Source of the DNA: Lama glama | Lineage: Eukaryota | Length of the DNA stretch: 64,000 nt | Direction of reading: 5' to 3' | Assembly (NCBI GenBank): GCA_028534125.1 | Contig: CM052817.1 | Coordinates: forward strand, 103,480,001 to 103,544,000 | Shown here: positions 13,641-25,870 of the stretch, piece after piece | Numbering within the stretch: the first letter of the stretch is position 1 | Layout: the number at the start of each line of letters is the position of its first letter | Made by a program: the position numbers and the translations under genes | The notes under the pieces: generated by a model | Database searches by the model: none | The model's input: the letters and a program-made list of their open reading frames with translations, nothing else | Told to the model about the DNA's origin: nothing

Positions 13641-13923
13641 TCACCTGTGGTTCCCAGTTTGCCCAGTTCACCAGCTCCTCCCCGTGTCTCCATCTCCCAG
13701 CAACAGACCCTGGTGGCTCCTTCCTGCCTCTTTTCCTGCCTCTCTGCATCGACATTTCCAATCCCTTTAAGCAGGTTTTCCCTACTTTTTAATTCACTTT
13801 ATGAAGCAATTTTTGGGCATGTTATTTGAAAAAAATAGCCAGTTATTATTGTATTTTGAATAAACGGAAAAAGAACATTTTTCATGATTAGGTAATCTGA
13901 CAATAATGACTTTATTATTTTAG

Positions 13924-14026
13924 TGAAAATTCGGAAATTTAATAAAGCCAAGCCACAGCCTGATGTACTTGAAGAAGAAAAAATCTATGTTTACCCCAGC
14001 AATATTACCTCGGAGACGGGATTCAG
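13924..14026 (+). CDS. TMEM192: TMEM192 coding exon 5
   Basis: tttattattttag acceptor; AG|GTAAGT donor. 103 nt. Encodes [35 protein letters not shown]. Confidence 0.96.
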
Positions 14027-14320
14027 GTAAGTGCAGAGTAAAAGACTAGAGAAAGTGAATTTAAAGTTTTTTGTTTTTTTTTTTTCCTTCTGGAAACCCA
14101 AGACCATCCTAATGCTTGGCATTGAGGGCTCGGTGTGTATTGGAATATGTTTAGAACTGTATGTGCCCAAGTCTAACGGAAGAGCCTCACTGGGGGCTAC
14201 TGCTTTGGCTTTTACCATGTAAGGAAGGGTAACAAATGCGGGGTGCTGTACTGAACACTAGGGGGGGACTGTTTGCAGAGAGACGGCATGTGTAACCCAC
14301 TCCATCTGGGCTCTTTGCAG

Positions 14321-14459
14321 GACTCTCTCGAGCCTGGAGGAGATTGTGGAGAAGCAGGGGGACATCATCGTGTACCTGAAGCGCCACAACGCGCTGCTCA
14401 GCCAGCGGCTCTTGGCTTTCACGTCCTCCGACCCTGGCTCTCAGCCACGTGGGCTTTGA
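14321..14459 (+). CDS. TMEM192: TMEM192 last coding exon (6), to TGA stop
   Basis: ctctttgcag acceptor. Encodes [45 protein letters not shown]. With a 27-nt coding exon 1 (outside the window) the exons sum to 816 nt, i.e. 271 aa, the human length. Confidence 0.96.
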
Positions 14460-15024
14460 CAGCGGTTTCAGACGGACCCACCCCCGACAAGCCATCTTAG
14501 GGAACTGCAGCCTTGCCAAGTGACGTTTTACAGCTTTTGTTGGAAACCTAAATTGGGTTCTCACCTGTGTGGCTGTAATAAGTAGGACTCGAGGGTCATG
14601 TGAAAGGCACTTTGGAGAGCCGCGGTAACTCAAGGGGAATGTCTGTTTTGCACATTTTGGAATTATTTAACTGCCCGGTTTATCCGAGGCATAGGTATAG
14701 TTTAAAGTTCTCCTTGACTAACCCTTCTTGCAAACTCATTGCAACCCTGTAATAATTTGGCATTTTATGGAATAAGTCTGACAGGACAACCTGTTTAAAA
14801 CTGGGCTTTGAGCAAAGAAGTTTTCCCTGCTTTTAAACTGGTCAGAGAAGCCGTTCTTCCTCGTGGTTAGTGTTTTCTTCCCGTGGAGCCTCATGCATTT
14901 CATATGCTTGTGTGGTGTTGGATGCCTCGGCCCTTGTACCTTTTCTAGAGAATTTCTTCACTGTAGGACCAAGGTCTCACTGGGGCATCTACTTTGCAGC
15001 TCCTACAGGTTTCCATTCTCCAGA

Positions 15025-16109
15025 AATAAAGTCTGAAGATGACTTGGACCAGTATTAGACCAGCCAGTGCAGCTGAACTGCTTAGGGAAGACTGCAGGCT
15101 CTCTCTTTATTTTGGCCCTTCTTGGAGAGGCTGCCATGTGTTTCAGTATTGACTGTCATCAGATCGGTACGTTCAGTGACAGGAAAGATGTCTGTGGCTG
15201 CAAGTTTGTCTGAAAGAAAAAAAAGAACACCTTTTTCAGTCTTAGATTATACTTAATAAAAATTATGATGGGGAGAAAGTATCATATCATCTTATACGTG
15301 GATATTAAACATATCTAATTCTCCAGATAAAATGAAGCATTTTTATGAGTAGATGACATTTTTCCTGCAGTTTTCCTAGTATGTCCCTTTAATTTATCAG
15401 TTTGCTATTGGAACCTTCACATGCTGCCTCAGAGAGACTTCAGGCTGAAAGCATAGCACGAGGGAGGGGATGTTTGTGATTATGTATGCTGCTATTTTTT
15501 TTCTTGTATTTAGCTGAATAACCAATATTTGATTTAAAAATCCTTGAGCTATACATATATTTGGCAAGGGGTGTATTCGCTGGGCCATACCGTACTTTTG
15601 AAGGGCGGACATCTATCTCCTTCAGATACAGCCACTGGGAAACATTCTGCAGGTTTTCTGCTAAGGGCAAGGTGATTGTGTGTCATCAATAACCAATACC
15701 GTCGAGTCCCCAGAATGACAGTGTTCACAAACTAAAGCCGAAATTGTGTTTTTAAAGTTCAGATTGTATTCAAGTTTCCAGACTTTTCCTCCTTCTCTTC
15801 TTTCTTTCCTTTTTAGTAAGCATATCTCAAAGCCATTGCCTCCTGTGGAAATCTGTCTGTGTTCTGGAAGGGCTTTTGCCTTTAGCTGTTTTCCTTAAAA
15901 GGAAAACCCCGTGGTAGATGAGGAATTCTCCTTTATTTTTAAATTAAATTTGGATCTTATAGTCAATTTCTAAGGTTTATGAGATGAATTTTGGTTTACG
16001 GAGAAAGGTACAATTTAAAAGTTAGAATACCCAGGTTCTGCCTGATGTGACATCTGTATAATCACCACTGCGCTTTCCAAACCCAATAATGAACATTTCA
16101 AACAATAAA
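15025..16109 (+). terminator. Candidate TMEM192 polyadenylation signals
   Basis: AATAAA at 15025-15030, 15255-15260 and 16104-16109 downstream of the stop. Which is used cannot be determined from sequence. Confidence 0.45.
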
Positions 16110-17165
16110 AGGAAATGGAATTATGAGAACTAGCAAAAAAGAATGAGCAGAACTGTTTACATGTTAAGCGTTCTATGCACCAGGCAGGTGCTGTGCCAGC
16201 ACCATGGGTACAAAAGTTACTAAGACAGACCTAGTTGGTAGCTGACGTTCTAAGGAGAGGACTAAGGTTTCCAGGATCGGTGGTAAATGAAATGATGGCA
16301 GTTAGCCCAGGGTACCACAGGGATCCGGGTCAGAGAGCTCCCTGAGGGGACAGGCTTTAGGAATTCCAGGAAAATGCATGAGTAAAGAAAAAGGGTGAGC
16401 AGCTACAGATGATGTCAGCACTGTGTGCAGCTTGAGCCCGATGTGGGCAGGACATGGGAGGGGCGGCCAGCGACAGATTCTGGGGGGCCCTTGATGCTCC
16501 CTGTGCCCAAGGGGTCTGTGCTGGGATGGGGTTTGCTGAAGGGTTTCAGGCAAGGAAGTGGCAGTGGGTTTTAGTTTCAGGAGGATCAGGCTGTGCAGCG
16601 TGGAAAAGCGGGCAGCAGAGTGACATGGCCCTGAAATAGGGCAGGTACAGTCACACTTTATCAAGGGTGTATATGTATCTATCTGTGATATGTTTCTGTA
16701 TTTTTAATTTGGGGGTTTACTTCAAATGACAATAGGATCATGACTTACTGAATGAATACTAATGCAGGTGAGCTTTTTTTTTTCCCCCATACCCTTTGGT
16801 CTTTTTATAAATCTTTTGTGATGTACTTGTGTAAGTCTTTTTCTTATTATTCTCCTAGGATATTTTTTTTTCTTAACAGGCAGTCTTCCTTTATATATAA
16901 GGATAGTCTTCAGTTTGTATTTGTTGGAAATATTTCCTAATTTGCTTTGGGTTCTTTTGCTAGGTGCTCTGTAAACACCACAGCCTGGATTCTGTCCCCA
17001 CAGTGTTGGTGGAAAGTTCACTGCACATCGGGTGAGAGCGGCACTGGCTGGAGGGAGTGTTAGCATAGCCAGGCTTCTGCTGGAGGCCTTTTGTCCTCTT
17101 CCAGGGATTCAAGCCAAAGTCTTACTTAATTCAAGTTAATTCCTTTCCCTTTTTTTTCTCCAAGG

Positions 17166-17300
17166 CAGTGTTCTCCAACTTTGGCACTGTTGACATTTTG
17201 TGTTGGAAGATCTTTGTTGTGGGAAGTGCCCTGTGCATTGTAGGATGTTTGGCAGTATTTCTGGCTCCTGGGATGCCCATAGCAACCTCCAGTCTCCATA
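17166..17300. mobile_element. MER20-like DNA transposon
   Basis: cagtgttctccaactttggcactgttgacattttg...gtgcattgtaggatgtttggcag. Confidence 0.75.
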
Positions 17301-17920
17301 CATGAGCATTTCATTTCATTTAACACTTGATGTTCAATTGAGAGCTGACATCCCTGACATGCACCAGAGGGTGTTGGAGGTGCTGGGAATGCAGGGGCCA
17401 ATCAGAAAAGATTTCTATTCTCGTGGAGTCTACATTCTAGTGGCTGGAGTGGAGTGCTGGAGGGGGAGGTGGAAGTGAACGCTGTAGACAGATAAGCCAA
17501 CAGTTGGGTTTGATGGATATGAATCTTCTGTAAATTAGACCACGTGGAGTATTCTGATGTTAATGTCACTTGTGGAAAGAATTTAGCTTTTGTGTTTTGT
17601 AGCCATTCAGAAAACTGAATGGCAAACAAAATGAACTTAGTGTCCTCCCCCCATCCTTTTTTATAGAAGACACCATTATTTAGTGATCTCACAACCTCAT
17701 CAGAGATGCTTTTTGGAGTCTTGAATACAAAACTCCTATCCGTCAGTCTCGTGAATTCTTGAGGAAACAAACCTCAACTATATGATAATCACAAGTCAGA
17801 AGAATCTCAAAACATCCCCTGGGTTTCCTGAGGAAGAGTGTTTCCCTTCAGGCTTTTGTTCACTTGTCTTTCTCAGTGAGGCCTGCTCCCCACACTCAGC
17901 CCTCTGTCTCCCTTATCCTT

Positions 17921-19349
17921 CTAGGGGTTCAGAATATGTCACCCCAAAATATGCCACTTTGGCATATTGATTATTTTGAACTAAAGTTACCTGACAACCA
18001 CTACGAGAAGGAAACTCTGACCCTCCTTTGCCCTGTGAAATCAGGGGATAAACCTCCCACGTAATAGTTACCCTCCCTGTACCAGTGAAACGGAGCAGGA
18101 CTCTCCAGGGCCCTCCTGAGTACAAAAGCCCCTCCGTGCCCCCATTTCTTATTTGTATAAAAAGGCTTTAGTATCCTAGGCCCTTCCTGAGTTCCAAAGC
18201 GCAGTTACTTATTAGGGAAAGGAGGGAGTGCAGAACCAAAGGGAAAGCAGTCAAGAAACAATAGTACAGCAATAAAACAGTCCTAGTTCCTCCTCATGGG
18301 ATACACATAACCATCTGATGCATATGTTTGAGTTCTGCAGGAACTAAGACCCCCCACCCCGGTGGAGGTGCGTGCTGGGCACAAGCATGTAGACCCTAGA
18401 CCTGAAGCCAGAAGGTAGATGATTAAGATTTCTGAAACACCACCCTGTTACCTCACCACCAACCTGTCAGAGGACAGGTATCACCACAAACCTATCATGC
18501 ACCCTGCAGCCCTCACCCCAAAGGTTGCCTTTAAATTAAAACTCTTCCCTCAAAGCCATCAGGGAGTTCGGGACTCTTAAGCACAAGCTGCTTGCTCTTC
18601 TTATTTGGGGCCTGAAATAAATGTTGGACTTTGTTCACCACAACGTGGTATCAGTAGATTGGCTTGACTGCAGGTGGGTGAGCAGACCCAGTTTGGATCT
18701 ACTAACACCAAGAAGACATCCTTATCACCGGATGGGGAATTTAGGTCCAGGAAGGCTGTGTAAACAAATCTTGCAGAGGGGAGGAAAAATAATTTTCCCT
18801 CTACCCTTCTGAGTTCTTGACTGAGAACTGCCTGTAAGAAAAGATAATAAACAGGAGAAGTTTAATAACCTGTATACCTCCTGTGGTCATGGGAGACCCA
18901 AGAAAACTGAGTAACTCCCCCATATGGCCCAAGCCACCACCTTAGATGCCATCTCCAGCTAAGGACAAAGGGGATGTTGGGAAGGTGGGGGAGCTGGTTA
19001 CAGGAGGCTATAGGAAAAGCACAGTCAACAAGAGCAGAGTTGTTATGCAGATGTAGGACTTTGGCCTCTCCCTTGGTAGGGCTTGTGAAGATGTAGAGTC
19101 ATCCTCCTCTTCCTGGTACAGAGAAGGAGATGCACTTATAAATGGAGATTTCATTTATAAATGTAAATGTTTCTCACAAAAGGGTAGCTTCCTGCTTTGG
19201 TTACTTCTTTGCATCTCATTTTTTATGGGGCTCCCACATGTACAAAATTAAATCTGTTTTTCTCCTGTTAATCTGTTTTATATCCATTTTCTTATTAAAC
19301 CAGCAAAAGAAACTAGGAGGGAAGAAGGGAAGATTTTTCTGCTGCTACA
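17921..19349 (+). mobile_element. MER34-like LTR interrupted by two other LTR segments
   Basis: 5' ggggttcagaatatgtcaccccaaaatatgccactttggc; 3' ttctcctgttaatctg...gctaca. Inserts at 18086-18707 and about 18773-19195. Confidence 0.7.
18086..18707 (+). mobile_element. ERV1 solo LTR nested in MER34-like LTR
   Basis: TG...CA ends, internal AATAAA, 4-bp TSD ccag/ccaa. Same family as 29249-29804, 37773-38443 and 49115-49677. Confidence 0.8.
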
Positions 19350-19989
19350 CCTTGTTGTTTTTTTCCCCATTGTACTTCCCACCCTCCATATTATATAATT
19401 TACTTATTTACTTTGTTTTTCTCTCCCCTGACTAGAAAGTAATGTATTCATTTCAGATGTAGCATAGATTTCAAAGTAAAAATAGACAACCATTATCCTG
19501 CATGATACACAAGTGCACAAAGACATGCAAAATCATGGCAGGAGTGCTGATAACAGTGAAAATGGGAGAGGAGGTTATCTCAATATGATAAAGGATGTAT
19601 GAGAATACATACAATGAGATAGTTTCAGGTAATTACATATACACATACATATATACTGATTTGGAAGATGTCCAGTCCCATATACAAAATCAAGAGTAAA
19701 CCTACCAGTATGGGAAAAATATTTATAATGTAAGAGTCAAATATTCCTATTTAAGATTTTCATTTTGAAAAGAAATAATGCAACAGAAAATAGACAAAGA
19801 TAATAGGAAACATCAAATAAGTTCCCATTAACATAAAAATTAGGACAAAAATGTCCACATATTATTATTCCTGAGGTTTCAACAAAACATTCAGTTAAGA
19901 AAAAGAATATGAATCTTTATAGATTGAAGAGGTAATGGTAAAATTACCATTATTTGCAGATAATATGATTGGAAACCCAGAAAAACCAA

Positions 19990-21935
19990 AGACAAAAATA
20001 CAACTTGAAGTGCACTAATATTCTCATTAGAGGGGTCCCAGAAAGAGAAGAGAGAGAGAAAGGACCTGAGAAAATTTTTGAAGAGATAATAACTGAAAAT
20101 TTCCCTCTCTTGGGAAAGGAAACAGTCACCCAAGTCCAGGAAGCACAGAGAGTTCCACACAGGATCAACCCAAAGAGGAACACAACCAAGGCACATAGTC
20201 ATCAAAATGACAAAAATTAAGGATGAGGAGAAAATATTAAAATCAGCAAGAAAAAAGCAACAAATAACATACAAGGGAATTCCCATAAGGTTAGCTGATT
20301 TTTCAGCAGAAACTCTACAAGCCAAAAGGGAGTGGCGTGATATATTTAAAGTGATGAAAGGGGAAAACTTAGAACCAAGAATACTCTATCCAGCAAGACT
20401 CTCATTCAGACTTGATGAGAAATCAAAAGCTTCACAGATATACAAAAGCTGAAAGAATTCAACACCACCAAACCAGCATTACAACAAATGTTAAAGGAAC
20501 TTTTCTAGTCATCAAACCATAAGAAAACAGAACAAAAAGAAGAAAGAGGAAAAAAAATTTAAAAGACCTACAAAAGATTGCTTTGGCAATTTGGGGTCTT
20601 CTGTGGTTCCAGATAAATTCTGGAATTGTTTGAACTAGTTCTGTGAAGAAAGAATGTTGTGAGTATTTTGATAGGGGTTGCAGTAGATCTGTAGATTGCT
20701 TTGGGTAGTAGGTAGTACAGCCATTTTGATCATCTTGATTCTCCCAATCCAGGACTACAAGGTATCTTTCCATTTCTTTGTATCATCTTCAATTTCCTTC
20801 ATCAGTGTTTTACAGTTTTCAGAGTATAGGTGACCTCCTTGGTTAAGTTTATTTCCAGGTATTTTGTTGTTTTTGATGCAATGGAAATGTTTATGCCAGT
20901 TATAAAATTCTGGTTTTTGAAGGGCAAAAAAAAAAAAAAAAGTGAATGAAGGGCTGCAAATGGCAAAATATCCTTCTTTATTATGGGTGAGTTGTATTCC
21001 ATTGCTTATATGTGCTACATCTTCTTTATCCACTCATCTATTGATGTGCACTTAAGATGCTTCCATATCTTGACAATTATAAATATGTTGCTGTTAATAA
21101 CAGGGTGTATGTATGTTTTTGAATTAACATTTTTGTTTTGCTCAGATATATGCCCAGGAGTGGAACTGCTGGGCCATATGGTGGTTCTATTTTTAGATTT
21201 TTGAGAACCTCCCATATTGTTTTCCATAGTGGCTGCACCATTTTACATTCCCACCAACAGTGTACCAGGGTTCCCTTTTCTCCTTGCCAACATTCGTTAT
21301 TTGTGTTCTTTTTAATGATGGTCATTCTAACAGATGTAAGATTTGCATTTCCTTGATATTAGTGATGTTGAGCAACTTTTCATGTTCCTGTTGGCCATCT
21401 GCATCTCCTCTTTTAGGAAAATGTCTGTTTAGTCCTGCTCATGTTTTAAATGGGTTGGTTTTTTGTTTGTTTGCTTTTTAATTAAAGTACAGTTGATTCA
21501 AAACATTGTGTTAATTTCTGGTGTCCAGCATGGAGGGACTTGGAGGGCATTATGCTAAGTGAAATAAGCCAGGCAGAGAAAGACAAATATTATAAGATAC
21601 CACTTACACGTGGAATCTAAAAAAATACAATAAACTTGTGAATATAACAGAAAAGAAACAGACTCACAGATGGAGAGAAGGAACTAGTGGTTACCAGTGG
21701 GGAGAGGGAAGGGGGAGGGGTAACGAGGTGGAGGATTAAGAGGCACAAACTATGAGGTATAAAATCAGCTACAAGGCTGTGCTGTACAATGTGGGGAACA
21801 CAGCCAATATTTTATATTAACTATAAATGGAGTATAACCTTTAAAAATTGTGAACCACTCTATTGTATACCTGTAACATATAATATTGTACATCAACTAT
21901 ACTTCAATTAAAAATACGATATTATAAAATAAAAA
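19990..21935. mobile_element. Composite LINE-1 cluster (ORF1 C-terminus on +, ORF2 pieces on -, 3'UTR on +)
   Basis: Plus ORFs 19969-20452 are L1 ORF1 (NILIRGVPE, EKILKSAR, IRLADFS). Minus ORFs 20459-21325 are ORF2. A plus-strand 3'UTR at about 21530-21912 ends in an A-rich tail. Confidence 0.9.
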
Positions 21936-22069
21936 GAGAAAAAGAATATGAATCTTTATAGAGTAAAAAGGTAATGATAGAATTATCATTATTTGCAGAT
22001 AATATGCTTGAATACCCAGAAAACGCCGAAGGACCTATTGGAAAGACTATTATTAAAAAAAATACAGTG

Positions 22070-22186
22070 AGGAGGGAGGGTAGAGCTCAGTAGTAGAGCG
22101 TATGCTTATCATGCACAAGGTCGTAGGTCCAATCCCCTGTACTTCCATTAAATTTAAATAAATAAATAAACCTAATTTCCCACCCC
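22070..22186 (+). mobile_element. Vic-1-like SINE
   Basis: ggagggtagagctcagtagtagagcg...ggtccaatcccc...taaataaacctaatt. Confidence 0.85.
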
Positions 22187-22334
22187 TACCAAAAAGACAA
22201 AACAAATAAACAAACAAATACAGAAATTAGAGAATTTAGTAAGGTGGCTGCATGCAAAGTTAATATGTAAAAATCTGTTGCTTTATACAAGCAACCAACA
22301 GTTAGAAGATACAATTCAAGAACAGCCCTCACCC

Positions 22335-22470
22335 AAAAAAAAAAGAAAAAGAAAAGAAAGAAAAAAAACAAAAGAAAGAATACAAAAACAAACAAAAGTA
22401 AAAGACAAAATTTAAAAAAAACAAAAATTAAAAACAAAAAGCAAAAAAGATACACAAAAAAGAGAAAAAG
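22335..22470. repeat. A-rich low-complexity tract
   Basis: About 135 nt of (A)n interrupted by G, C and T. Confidence 0.9.
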
Positions 22471-24544
22471 TCTCATCTATAGTAATAACAAAAAAGATTA
22501 AATACCCAGATCTTTTTGAAGAAAACTTGGGAACACTGCTGAAAGATACAAAAGAAGACTCGAAAAGGCATGACATGTTCAAAAAGTGGCTTGACGCCAT
22601 CACGCGGCGTTCTCCCTCAGGGAACGTGTGTGTCTACAAGAGGACTAAAGCTGTGTGTAAGAGACTGGGCACAATAACCTTACAATGTTCTGTTATTAGA
22701 GTAATGGAAATAATTACACAGAGATACTGTCCGGGGATAATCAGATCAACAAAATGAAGTAGGAAATGAAGAAATAGATCAAAATACATATGGGAGCTTA
22801 GTATATAAAGGTGATACTTAAAATCTCACAGAAAAGTTAGCTCCGTCAGTAAGTGGTATTAAGACAACTGGGTAGAGCACCAAGGAAAAACACTTGGGTT
22901 ATTATCTCCATCTTACTATGCATATCGTCTAAATCTAGCTGATTCAAAGATTTCATGGTTTAAAATGAAACTTTTAAAGTATTAGAAATAAACAGTGGGA
23001 TAGGTTTTTAAAATCATTTTAGAGGCAGGAACTCTTGAGTGTTTTTAAGGTTGGCATAGAAGCCATAGGTGAAAAGCCTGATACATTTAACTACATAAAA
23101 GTTAAAACTTCCCCAAGATGAACAAGACGAAGATATAGGATAAGTAAGAAACTGTAAAAAAACATTTACAATTTAAGTCATAGGCTGAGAGCGTGATTTA
23201 TAATAAGAAATATAGGTTTAGCACAGATCTCCTAAAGCCCTTGAAATTTCCTATGTGATAAGAGCAATGAGAGCATCTTTTGTTACAATATTTGGTCTTT
23301 TGCTATCAATTTTTTTTTTCCAGCGAGGTACTGGGGGTTGTGACTAGAGTGGGAGAATGAAAGGTGGGGGCTGAACAGGAGAAAATAAAATTAAGGGATT
23401 TGGGGCTTTTTATTCTATTTCTGTATTAGTTAAAATTTTTCCAGTGACTATTACTTTCTAATTAATAAAGAAATGTTCAGCATATATTAAATTTTAAAAT
23501 GTTAAGTTACAACCCAGTACACTTCATAAACCACCTTTTAAGTAGTAACACATGCCACACACACAAAGCAAGCCAGTTGCTCGCAAGAAAAAAAATGAGA
23601 CAGTGGGTGGACTGAATATACAAACTTACTATCGTTTCTTCCTTAAACCCCTAGAATGATAGTAAAGAAAAATTTAAGGCAGAAACTCACAATGACCAAA
23701 GAATAGGAGAGGAACCACCTTTTTTAAGTGTAGAGATTGTAAAGCAGGTGGAAGAACATTCCAGAGTGTGGTCTGACAGACAGGCTCCGGGCTGGTGCAA
23801 GTCCTGAGATTAAGGCCCGGAGCCAGCATGCAAATCAGTTCTGCTTCCAGGTGTTGAGAGGATCAGCTCAGGTTTTCAAAGCAAGGTTTCTCGGCAGAGG
23901 ACGTGTTGTGTCACCTCCTGGGGGGCCGATAACAAATAGTTCAGGGATGGCCACTGACGGCACTCGGGTCTGTGTCAACTTCTGGTTCCTCTCCGCTGAT
24001 TCTCTCTTGGCCTCACGTTTCTGTGCAGCTTTTGCCCCCACTTCTCCCCAGAGACTGCTGCTGCCACGGCTGGGGGACGCCTCCAGGTGTCTGAGCCAGT
24101 TCTCACCTCTCCTGGTCCTGGATGTCAACAGCTTGATTTTACCACGCCCTCCTTGAGCTATTTCCTTTACCTGGCTTCCGGCTCACTCATCACAATCGTG
24201 GGGTTTCTTTCCACCTTCCTGGTGAATTCTCAGTCTCCTTGGCTGTTCCCTTTCTTTCGACAACCAGTTTTTAAAAATATTTTTTAATTTTTTAAAAGTG
24301 AAAGTAGGTTTATTCAGGGGGGATCACACACTCCATAGAGAGAGGACAGGCCATCTTAAAAGCCCAATTTTAACATTTAAATTCACTAAAATTCACTGTT
24401 GGTCTACGACTTTTGGAGAATGTGCAGGTAAAGTCGTATAACCAATACCACAGCAGTAGGAGGTTGAGACTCTGGGGAGGTTGAGATGAAGTGAATGTAA
24501 CTGGCATGTGGGACAGATGTGAATATTTGGGACCAGAGGATGGG

Positions 24545-25018
24545 CTGTGCTAGCAAGATAATCTGCCCCCTCTCCCCAAGATTTTCACGTCTTAATCCCA
24601 AGAACCTGCGAACTTGTTACCTCACATGGCAAACAGGACTTTTCAGGTGTGATTAAATTGTGTCCTGACAGCTGGGGGGTGCCGGTGGGCTCAGTGTGAT
24701 CACAAGGGTCCTTATAAGGAAAAGAGAAAGGCAGGAGGGTCAGCCCGTGAAGATGCGCGAGGTTTGAAGATGCTACACTGCAGACTTGAAGATGGAGACA
24801 GGGCCGTGAGCCATCCAATGCGGGCAGCCTCTGAAAGCTGGAAAAGGCAAGAAGGAAATAATTCATTTCTTTCCTGGAGCCCCCAGAAGGGACACAGCCC
24901 GGCCAGCACCTTGATTTCAGGGCCGTTGACCTCCAAACTGTCAGATGGTAAATTTGTGTTGTCTTAAGCCACAAATTTTTTTGTAATTTGTTACAGCAGC
25001 TATGGGAAACCATTACAA
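24545..25018 (+). mobile_element. MLT1 (MaLR) solo LTR
   Basis: gttacctcacatggcaaa...cacaagggtccttataagg...aatttgttacagcagc...attaca. Confidence 0.85.
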
Positions 25019-25059
25019 TAGTCAAGATCAGGAATGGTGTCATCAGCCCTTTCCTCCAG

Positions 25060-25870
25060 AATACCGTAGTTCTGCATCCCTTGATAGTCAGATCCTACCC
25101 CCACTCTTATCTGTTGGCAGGGAGGGATCTGTTCCCATCTCTATACTTTTGTCTTTTCCAGAATGTCATATAAATGGATTCATGCAGCATGTGCCTTTTG
25201 AGTCTGTCTTCTTTTGCTTAGCATAACACATTTGCAATCCATCTGTGTTCTGAATGCCAATGGCCGGTTCCTCTTCATTACTGAATAATATTCCAGGAAT
25301 GTACCACAGTTTATTTATTCAGCTCCCAGTTGAGGGACCTTTGGGTTGCTTCCAGCTTGAGGCTATTATGGGTAAACCTACTGTAAACATTTGTATAAAT
25401 GTTTTGATGTGAACTTCCCTCAAGTGAAGCTTTCATTCCGTTTGGGTAAATACCTAGGAGTGGGACTGCTGAGGCATATGGTCTAACTTTAAAAGAAACT
25501 GCCAAAAAAAAAAAAAAACCCACAAAACCCTAAAAATCTAAAGAGAAAAAATTTAAAGAAAGAAAGAAAAAAAAAAATCTGCCAAACTATTTTCCAAAGT
25601 AACTGGACCATTTGGCCTTCCTACCAGCAACTTGAGTTCCAGTTTCTCTGCCTACTTGCCAGCACTTGACGTTGTCACTGTTTAAACATTGTAGCTCTTC
25701 TCATAGGTGTGTAGTACTGTCTTTGATTTTAATTTGCATTTCACTGATGGGTAGGATATTGAGCATCTTTTGTGGGCCTCTTTGCCATCTGTTTCTTTGA
25801 TGAAGTGCCTGTTCTAGTCATTTGTCCATTTTTTATTTGGTTGTCTGCTTTCTTGTTGATTTTTAAGGGT
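25060..25870 (-). mobile_element. Old L1M fragment
   Basis: Reversed L1 3' region (tttccagaatgtcatataaatgga...gggtaaatacctaggagtggg...gagcatcttttgtgggc). Confidence 0.75.

Noticed and set aside
22186..22476. Phe-rich hydrophobic ORF resembling a membrane protein
   Set aside because: Translation of an A-rich low-complexity tract.
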